Shown here: in pieces, positions 39,408 to 46,250 of the stretch
Layout: the number at the start of each line of letters is the position of its first letter
Position numbering within the stretch: the stretch's first letter is position 1
IMG/VR virus record: IMGVR_UViG_2718218453_000004
Direction: 5' to 3' (one strand)
From: a virus
Lineage: Duplodnaviria; Heunggongvirae; Uroviricota; Caudoviricetes
DNA: 46,250 bases
Notes under the pieces: model-generated
What the model was told of the DNA's origin: nothing
Databases searched by the model: none
What the model saw: only the letters and a program-made list of their open reading frames with translations
Position numbers and translations under genes: made by a program

Positions 39408-42368
39408 ATGGCAGTAAAGATTTCAGGTGTACTGAAAGACGGTGCAGGTAAACCGGTACAGAACTGTACAATCCAGCTGAAAGCAAAACGTAACAGCACC
39501 ACGGTGGTGGCGAACACGGTGGCCTCAGAAAATCCGGATGAAGCCGGGCGTTACAGCATGGACGTTGAGTACGGTCAGTACAGCGTTATTCTGTTGGTGG
39601 AAGGCTTCCCGCCATCGCATGCCGGGACCATCACCGTGTATGAAGACTCACAACCGGGTACGCTGAATGATTTTCTCGGTGCCATGACGGAGGATGATGC
39701 CCGTCCGGAGGCTCTGCGCCGTTTTGAACTGATGGTGGAAGAGGTGGCGCGTAACGCGTCCGCGGTGGCACAGAACACGGCAGCCGCGAAGAAGTCAGCC
39801 GGCGATGCCGGCACATCTGCCCGTGAGGCGGCAACCCATGCGACTGATGCTGCAGGCTCAGCGCGTGCAGCCAGCACGTCAGCCGGACAGGCCGCGACTT
39901 CGGCTCAGGAGGCGTCTTCCAGCGCAGGAACGGCATCAACAAAGGCCACTGAAGCATCAAAAAGTGCTGCCGCTGCAGAGTCCTCAAAAAGCGCGGCGGC
40001 CACCAGTGCCGGTGCGGCGAAAACGTCAGAAACGAATGCTGCAGCGTCACAAAAATCAGCAGCCACTTCTGCATCCACTGCGACGACGAAAGCGTCAGAA
40101 GCCGCCACTTCAGCCAGAGATGCGGCGGCCTCCAAAGAGGCGGCAAAATCATCAGAAACGAACGCCTCCACAAGCGCCAGCAGTGCAGCCTCCTCGGCAA
40201 CGGCGGCAGGAAATTCCGTGAAGGCGGCAAAAACGTCCGAGACGAATGCCAGGTCTTCTGAAACGGCAGCGGAACAGAGCGCCTCAGCTGCGGCAGACTC
40301 TGAGACAGCAGCTGCATCATCGGCCCGTGAGGCGTCCATTAAGGCAGAGGAGGCAGCAGTCAGTGCCACCGCCGCCGGAAAATCGGCAGAAAGCGCCGCA
40401 TCATCCGCTTCAACAGCCACAACGAAGGCTGGCGAAGCCACTGAACAGGCCAGCGCAGCAGCGAGGTCTGCTTCCGCAGCGAAGACATCCGAAACGAACG
40501 CGAAAGCGTCGGAAACCAGCGCAGAATCCTCAAAAACGGCTGCCGCATCGTCCGCCAGTTCGGCGGCGTCATCGGCATCATCTGCGTCTGCTTCAAAAGA
40601 TGAGGCGACCAGACAGGCGTCAGCAGCGAGGGGCAGCGCCACGACGGCATCCACGAAGGCGACAGAGGCTGCTGGCAGTGCGGCAGCGGCAGCACAGAGC
40701 AAAAGTACGGCGGAATCCGCGGCAACGCGCGCCGAGACAGCAGCAAAACGGGCAGAGGATATTGCATCCGCCGTGGCGCTTGAGGATGCGAGCACGACGA
40801 AAAAGGGGATAGTACAGCTCAGCAGTGCGACCAACAGCACTTCCGAGTCACAGGCGGCAACGCCAAAAGCCGTTAAGGCCGCGTATGACCTGGCTAACGG
40901 GAAATACACCGCACAGGATGCAACGACAGCACAGAAAGGGATAGTTCAGCTCAGCAGTGCGACTAACAGCACTTCCGAGTCACAGGCGGCAACGCCAAAA
41001 GCCGTTAAGGCCGCGTATGACCTGGCTAACGGGAAATACACCGCACAGGACGCTACGACAGCACAAAAAGGAATTGTCCAGCTCAGTAGTGCAACCAACA
41101 GCACATCTGAAACGCTTGCTGCGACACCGAAAGCAGTGAAAGCAGCTAATGACAATGCGAATGGTCGGGTACCTTCTGCCCGTAAGGTGAATGGTAAGGC
41201 GCTTTCAGCGGATATAACACTGACGCCGAAAGATATTGGTACGCTTAACTCAACAACAATGTCATTCAGCGGTGGTGCTGGTTGGTTCAAATTAGCAACG
41301 GTAACCATGCCACAGGCGAGTTCTGTTGTTTCAATTACGTTGATTGGTGGCGCTGGATTTAACGTGGGGTCACCTCAACAGGCAGGTATATCTGAACTTG
41401 TTTTACGTGCAGGTAATGGTAATCCGAAGGGGATTACTGGTGCTTTATGGCAGCGCACATCGACAGGGTTTACAAATTTTGCCTGGGTCAATACATCTGG
41501 TGATACTTACGATATTTACGTTGCAATCGGAAATTATGCGACTGGTGTAAATATTCAATGGGATTATACCAGTAATGCCAGCGTGACGATTCATACGTCA
41601 CCAGCATATTCTGCTAATAAGCCGGAAGGGTTAACGGACGGTACAGTTTATTCACTCTATACGCCATCAGAGCAGTTTTATCCGCCTGGCGCACCAATCC
41701 CGTGGCCATCAGATACCGTTCCGTCTGGCTATGCCCTGATGCAGGGGCAGACTTTTGACAAATCTGCATACCCGAAACTTGCAGCCGCTTATCCGTCAGG
41801 CGTGATCCCTGATATGCGTGGCTGGACGATTAAGGGCAAACCTGCCAGTGGTCGGGCCGTATTGTCTCAGGAACAGGACGGCATTAAATCGCATACCCAC
41901 AGCGCCAGCGCATCCAGTACGGATTTGGGGACGAAAACCACATCGTCGTTTGATTACGGCACTAAATCCACGAATAACACTGGTGCGCATACCCATAGTT
42001 TAAGTGGCAGCACGAATGCAGCTGGTAATCACAGCCATAGAGATGGCCGTCGATTTAACCCCAGTGTTTTTAAAGATACTTATCAATATGGTTATACAAG
42101 CTCAGGTCAAAATACCTGGGGTGTACAAGGCTCAGTAGGTATGTCTACGGGGTGGTTAGCGAATACCAGTACAGATGGTAATCATAGCCATTCACTGTCC
42201 GGCACAGCAGCATCTGCAGGTGCACACGCGCATACTGTCGGTATTGGTGCTCATACGCACTCCGTTGCGATTGGTTCACATGGACACACCATCACCGTTA
42301 ACGCTGCTGGTAACGCGGAAAACACCGTCAAAAACATCGCATTTAACTATATTGTGAGGCTTGCATAA
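39408..42368 (+). CDS. stf: Side tail fibre protein Stf
   Basis: [34 protein letters not shown]... N-terminus, Ala/Ser/Thr-rich repeats, His-rich C-terminus (...HSHSLSG...[19 protein letters not shown]...), all lambda Stf-like. Confidence 0.9.
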   Translation: MAVKISGVLKDGAGKPVQNCTIQLKAKRNSTTVVANTVASENPDEAGRYSMDVEYGQYSVILLVEGFPPSHAGTITVYEDSQPGTLNDFLGAMTEDDARPEALRRFELMVEEVARNASAVAQNTAAAKKSAGDAGTSAREAATHATDAAGSARAASTSAGQAATSAQEASSSAGTASTKATEASKSAAAAESSKSAAATSAGAAKTSETNAAASQKSAATSASTATTKASEAATSARDAAASKEAAKSSETNASTSASSAASSATAAGNSVKAAKTSETNARSSETAAEQSASAAADSETAAASSAREASIKAEEAAVSATAAGKSAESAASSASTATTKAGEATEQASAAARSASAAKTSETNAKASETSAESSKTAAASSASSAASSASSASASKDEATRQASAARGSATTASTKATEAAGSAAAAAQSKSTAESAATRAETAAKRAEDIASAVALEDASTTKKGIVQLSSATNSTSESQAATPKAVKAAYDLANGKYTAQDATTAQKGIVQLSSATNSTSESQAATPKAVKAAYDLANGKYTAQDATTAQKGIVQLSSATNSTSETLAATPKAVKAANDNANGRVPSARKVNGKALSADITLTPKDIGTLNSTTMSFSGGAGWFKLATVTMPQASSVVSITLIGGAGFNVGSPQQAGISELVLRAGNGNPKGITGALWQRTSTGFTNFAWVNTSGDTYDIYVAIGNYATGVNIQWDYTSNASVTIHTSPAYSANKPEGLTDGTVYSLYTPSEQFYPPGAPIPWPSDTVPSGYALMQGQTFDKSAYPKLAAAYPSGVIPDMRGWTIKGKPASGRAVLSQEQDGIKSHTHSASASSTDLGTKTTSSFDYGTKSTNNTGAHTHSLSGSTNAAGNHSHRDGRRFNPSVFKDTYQYGYTSSGQNTWGVQGSVGMSTGWLANTSTDGNHSHSLSGTAASAGAHAHTVGIGAHTHSVAIGSHGHTITVNAAGNAENTVKNIAFNYIVRLA
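40806..41201 (+). repeat. Three tandem copies of a 132-bp (44-aa) unit inside stf
   Basis: Units begin near 40806, 40938 and 41070 and encode [44 protein letters not shown]. The third copy is diverged. Confidence 0.8.
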
Positions 42369-42943
42369 TGGCATTCAGAATGAGTGAACAACCACGGACC
42401 ATAAAAATTTATAATCTGCTGGCCGGAACTAATGAATTTATTGGTGAAGGTGACGCATATATTCCGCCTCATACAGGTCTGCCAGCAAACAGTACCGATA
42501 TTGCACCACCAGATATTCCTGCTGGCTTTGTGGCTGTTTTCAACAGTGATAAGGCATCGTGGCATCTCGTTGAAGACCATCGGGGTAAAACGGTTTATGA
42601 CGTAGCGTCAGGGGACGCGTTATTTATTTCTGAACTCGGTCCGTTACCGGAAAATGTTACCTGGTTATCGCCGGAAGGGGAGTTTCAGAAGTGGAACGGC
42701 ACAGCCTGGGTGAAAGATGCAGAAGCAGAAAAACTGTTCCGGATCCGAGAGGCGGAAGAAACAAAAAACAGCCTGATGCAGGTAGCCAGTGAGCATATTG
42801 CGCCACTTCAGGATGCTGTAGATCTGGAAATCGCAACGGAGGAAGAAACCTCATTGCTGGAAGCCTGGAAAAAGTATCGGGTGTTGCTGAACCGTGTTGA
42901 TACGTCAACTGCACAGGATATTGAATGGCCAGCACTGCCGTAG
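42368..42943 (+). CDS. tfa: Tail fibre assembly protein Tfa
   Basis: 191 aa; the ATG overlaps the stf stop; lambda Tfa-like. Confidence 0.85.
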   Translation: MAFRMSEQPRTIKIYNLLAGTNEFIGEGDAYIPPHTGLPANSTDIAPPDIPAGFVAVFNSDKASWHLVEDHRGKTVYDVASGDALFISELGPLPENVTWLSPEGEFQKWNGTAWVKDAEAEKLFRIREAEETKNSLMQVASEHIAPLQDAVDLEIATEEETSLLEAWKKYRVLLNRVDTSTAQDIEWPALP

Positions 42944-43040
42944 GGTAAAACATATAAATTCTATAATTAGATGTATCTTTCCATTTACGGCAAGGAAGGG
43001 GGCTTGGAAGACGTAAAGCATCTCACACCGAGATTATTTT

Positions 43041-43631
43041 TTATATGTCAGGTGTCTGAAGTTTTGCTTTGGCTCTTAAAATGGTTTGCCGCGAGGTTTT
43101 GAATTCCCGGGCAATGGCACTTATACTTACACCTGACTTAATTCGTTCGAATACCACCTGTTTCTGTTCTTCATTTAACACAGGTGGTCGACCAAAACGT
43201 TTCCCTGCGCCGCGGGCTCTTACTATCCCGGAATGAGTGCGTTCAAGTAAAAGGTCTCGTTCAAATTCAGCGACTGCTGAAATTACGTGCATCATCATTT
43301 TTCCTGTTGGACTGGTCAGGTCAATGCCCCCCAATGCTAAGCAATGCACTCTGATACCTGTTTCGGTCAGTTGTTCCACTGTTTTCCTGATATCCATTGC
43401 ATTACAACCAAGGCGATCCAGTTTTGTCACAATCAATTGATCACCACATTTCAGGCGAGCAAGCAACCGGTTAAAACCAGGACGCTCACTGGTTGCTGCT
43501 GAGCCGCTAATGTGTTCTTCGATTATTTGCTGAGGTTTGATTTTAAAACCTGCACTTTCGATTTCCCGGCGTTGATTTTCGATGGTCTGATCCAGCGTTG
43601 ATATCCGACAGTAAGCAAAAATTCGAGACAT
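43041..43631 (-). CDS. pin: Serine DNA invertase (Pin/Hin/Gin family)
   Basis: [15 protein letters not shown]... carries the catalytic Ser motif and a C-terminal HTH ([18 protein letters not shown]). Confidence 0.9.
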   Translation of the reverse strand: MSRIFAYCRISTLDQTIENQRREIESAGFKIKPQQIIEEHISGSAATSERPGFNRLLARLKCGDQLIVTKLDRLGCNAMDIRKTVEQLTETGIRVHCLALGGIDLTSPTGKMMMHVISAVAEFERDLLLERTHSGIVRARGAGKRFGRPPVLNEEQKQVVFERIKSGVSISAIAREFKTSRQTILRAKAKLQTPDI

Positions 43632-43947
43632 AGTGAGACTCTATACGAAATTGGTGTTCATATCATAATGCATCTCAGAAAATAATTTTGATTATTTTTG
43701 TGCATATTTGTATGTACACGTTCGAAAATAAACGAATGCGTATGCAACCCCGTAATTTTGGTGAGACCCAAAATCGATTTTGTGAAAAATGGCTTTAACT
43801 CGGTTTGTTTTTCGAGTTCCGGGCGGACTCAAGGAAGAAGAATAGTGTTGCGTGTTATTTTAACCAGATTTCAAGTTGTTTGATCGTGGAAAAGTGGAGC
43901 AAAATGTTGTTAAAGTGGAAAAATGATAAAAAAGTAAGTTTATTATA

Positions 43948-44181
43948 TTACATTTTACCATTTAAATTTTGGTTGTCTTTAAGAACTGATATCGCTGTTT
44001 GTAATAATTCTTTGTTATCCAGCCATGATTTTTTCTTTATGTTTCCTTCAATGTAATCAAGCAATGTTCTGGTATTGATAGGTCTTCCCTGTTTTGCTAC
44101 TTCCACTACAGCATCCCCTAGGATAATTCTTACTTCAGGAAGCTGCGCAGGGAACCACTTTAGGGTGTCTTTTGATTTCAT
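43948..44181 (-). CDS. ydfK: YdfK/YnaE-family small protein (77 aa)
   Basis: 77 aa from the internal Met MKSKDTLKWF..., located between pin and ydfJ as in K-12. Confidence 0.55.
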   Translation of the reverse strand: MKSKDTLKWFPAQLPEVRIILGDAVVEVAKQGRPINTRTLLDYIEGNIKKKSWLDNKELLQTAISVLKDNQNLNGKM

Positions 44182-44966
44182 GAAGATATTCCTTAAAATA
44201 TTATTGATTTTCATTGCGATATTGTATGTCTGATTCAGGATATGTTGACTTATACATCGGTTTTGTCTGGGTTATTGGATATGCCAATCCCTAATTTTAT
44301 TAGGGCATGACTAAAAATGCTGAATATGATAAGGAGAGAAGTGATTATCAGTATGCTGTTCATATAGCCTCGAATTAGTAATGTGTTATATATGATATAG
44401 TTGACAATTTTTATCTTGGGTGTTCTTAAAGTTCGTAGATAAACATTGTCGTTTCAGGTATACAGGAATGCTAACAGGTGGCAGCAAAAATCAGGCGGTT
44501 TATGGCGCAAGCTGAAGCGGCAACTGCAAACTATCTTATGCAGAGACTCTACACGGATTGGGTTTAAAAGTATACATAGATAACAGTTTTTATCTGAAAA
44601 AGAAAAATATCAAGGTGATATAGCCTATATGCCTTTGATGCGGAGGAATGAATGTGATGGGAGTGATGTATCTGAATAGTTGAAAAACCGCAGACACGCC
44701 TTATGCAAGAACGTGCTGCGGTTGGCTGGTAAATTTTTCGATAGTGTGAGTATTGAATGATTTCCAGCCGTTCTTGATTTTACGCATAAATCCATGAAAA
44801 AACTACTTATCTGTTGGGGAGTTTTTTTGGGGCATATATGGGACAGAAATAGGCCCCAGATAGACACTGAGATCGAACTTAGGATGCTTTTTAAAAAATG
44901 CAACTATCTGAAAAAACCTAGAAAACGCCAAGGAAACCACAGGATGGGAAAAAACACCTGTGAATT

Positions 44967-46250
44967 ATGGATTTCCAGTTATATTCGCTCGGCGCAGCGT
45001 TGGTGTTTCATGAAATATTTTTTCCTGAATCATCAACGGCAATGGCGTTAATTTTGGCAATGGGAACCTACGGTGCAGGTTATGTGGCGCGTATTGTCGG
45101 AGCATTTATTTTCGGCAAAATGGGCGACAGAATAGGGCGTAAAAAAGTGCTCTTTATTACCATCACCATGATGGGGATCTGTACCACCTTAATTGGTGTG
45201 TTACCGACCTATGCACAGATTGGTGTTTTTGCCCCCATCTTGCTGGTGACGCTGCGTATTATTCAGGGGTTGGGTGCAGGTGCGGAAATTTCCGGTGCCG
45301 GTACGATGCTGGCGGAATATGCACCAAAAGGTAAGCGCGGAATTATCTCCTCATTTGTAGCTATGGGAACTAACTGCGGAACCTTGAGCGCAACGGCAAT
45401 CTGGGCCTTTATGTTCTTCATTCTCAGTAAAGAGGAACTGCTGGCGTGGGGATGGCGTATACCGTTCCTGGCGAGCGTTGTCGTGATGGTCTTTGCTATC
45501 TGGTTACGTATGAATCTGAAAGAAAGCCCGGTCTTTGAGAAGGTTAATGACAGCAACCAACCCACAGCAAAACCTGCACCTGCTGGTAGCATGTTCCAGA
45601 GCAAATCCTTCTGGCTGGCAACAGGGCTGCGTTTTGGTCAGGCGGGTAACTCCGGGTTAATTCAGACTTTCCTTGCAGGCTATTTAGTGCAGACGTTATT
45701 GTTTAACAAAGCAATTCCAACAGATGCATTGATGATTAGTTCGATTCTCGGCTTTATGACCATTCCGTTCCTTGGTTGGTTATCCGATAAAATTGGTCGC
45801 CGGATCCCGTATATTATTATGAATACCTCCGCGATTGTGCTGGCATGGCCAATGCTTTCTATCATTGTAGATAAAAGCTATGCCCCGAGCACCATTATGG
45901 TTGCACTGATTGTGATTCATAACTGTGCGGTGCTGGGATTATTTGCTCTGGAAAACATTACCATGGCAGAAATGTTCGGCTGTAAAAACCGCTTTACCCG
46001 GATGGCTATTTCTAAAGAAATTGGTGGTCTTATCGCTTCCGGTTTTGGTCCTATCCTGGCGGGTATTTTCTGCACCATGACGGAATCCTGGTATCCGATC
46101 GCCATTATGATCATGGCATATTCAGTAATTGGTTTAATCTCTGCGCTGAAAATGCCAGAGGTGAAAGACCGTGATTTAAGTGCGCTGGAAGACGCTGCGG
46201 AAGATCAACCGCGTGTTGTAAGAGCTGCGCAACCTTCCAGAAGTCTGTAA
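44967..46250 (+). CDS. ydfJ: MFS transporter (metabolite:H+ symporter family), host gene at the prophage junction
   Basis: 427 aa with multiple transmembrane segments. N-terminus MDFQLYSLG resembles the conserved (E)WYDF motif region without the usual leading segment. The stop is the last codon of the window. Confidence 0.85.
   Translation: MDFQLYSLGAALVFHEIFFPESSTAMALILAMGTYGAGYVARIVGAFIFGKMGDRIGRKKVLFITITMMGICTTLIGVLPTYAQIGVFAPILLVTLRIIQGLGAGAEISGAGTMLAEYAPKGKRGIISSFVAMGTNCGTLSATAIWAFMFFILSKEELLAWGWRIPFLASVVVMVFAIWLRMNLKESPVFEKVNDSNQPTAKPAPAGSMFQSKSFWLATGLRFGQAGNSGLIQTFLAGYLVQTLLFNKAIPTDALMISSILGFMTIPFLGWLSDKIGRRIPYIIMNTSAIVLAWPMLSIIVDKSYAPSTIMVALIVIHNCAVLGLFALENITMAEMFGCKNRFTRMAISKEIGGLIASGFGPILAGIFCTMTESWYPIAIMIMAYSVIGLISALKMPEVKDRDLSALEDAAEDQPRVVRAAQPSRSL

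Noticed and set aside
39631-40909. Overlapping reverse ORFs (229 aa, 334 aa) and the forward 138-aa and 188-aa alternate-frame ORFs inside stf
   Set aside because: Artefacts of the repetitive Ala/Ser/Thr codon tracts of the side tail fibre gene; they give Ala-only or Arg/Pro/Gln-only low-complexity proteins.
44215-44966. tRNA gene as integration target at the right junction
   Set aside because: No tRNA-like T-arm/acceptor signature seen by eye; the junction abuts the protein-coding ydfJ instead.

Overview
The window is almost entirely one apparently intact lambdoid prophage of an Escherichia coli-type genome (about 1..44.9 kb), organised like the defective Qin prophage of E. coli K-12 but complete. 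All comparisons to K-12 Qin and phage lambda are from memory, not a database search. Gene order left to right: integrase and excisionase; an early-left operon (zinc-ribbon DEDDh exonuclease, a 529-aa acidic protein, ydfD, dicB, the DicF sRNA, ydfA-like ORFs); a DicA-like repressor and DicC-like Cro with paired palindromic operators; a replication initiator with embedded iterons; an accessory block (595-aa HEPN-motif protein, 29-aa hydrophobic peptide ORF, hok, rem, ydfU); antiterminator Q with a PR'/tR'-like unit; a lysis cassette (pinholin, SAR endolysin, Rz/Rz1) interleaved with cspB and cspI; a cos site; terminase, portal and a fused protease-capsid gene; a lambda-like tail module (Z, U, V, G/G-T, H, M, L, K, I, J), lom, stf, tfa; a Pin-family invertase; a ydfK-like gene; and the host MFS transporter gene ydfJ. 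The strongest candidate for an undescribed system is the AT-richer 595-aa reverse-strand gene (8790..10577) with a C-terminal R-x4-H-x-Y HEPN-type motif, sitting where K-12 Qin carries relBE next to hok, together with the adjacent Shine-Dalgarno-supported 29-aa peptide ORF. No CRISPR array, rRNA, tRNA or Shiga-toxin genes were found. Coordinates of short motifs were counted by hand and may be off by a base or two.
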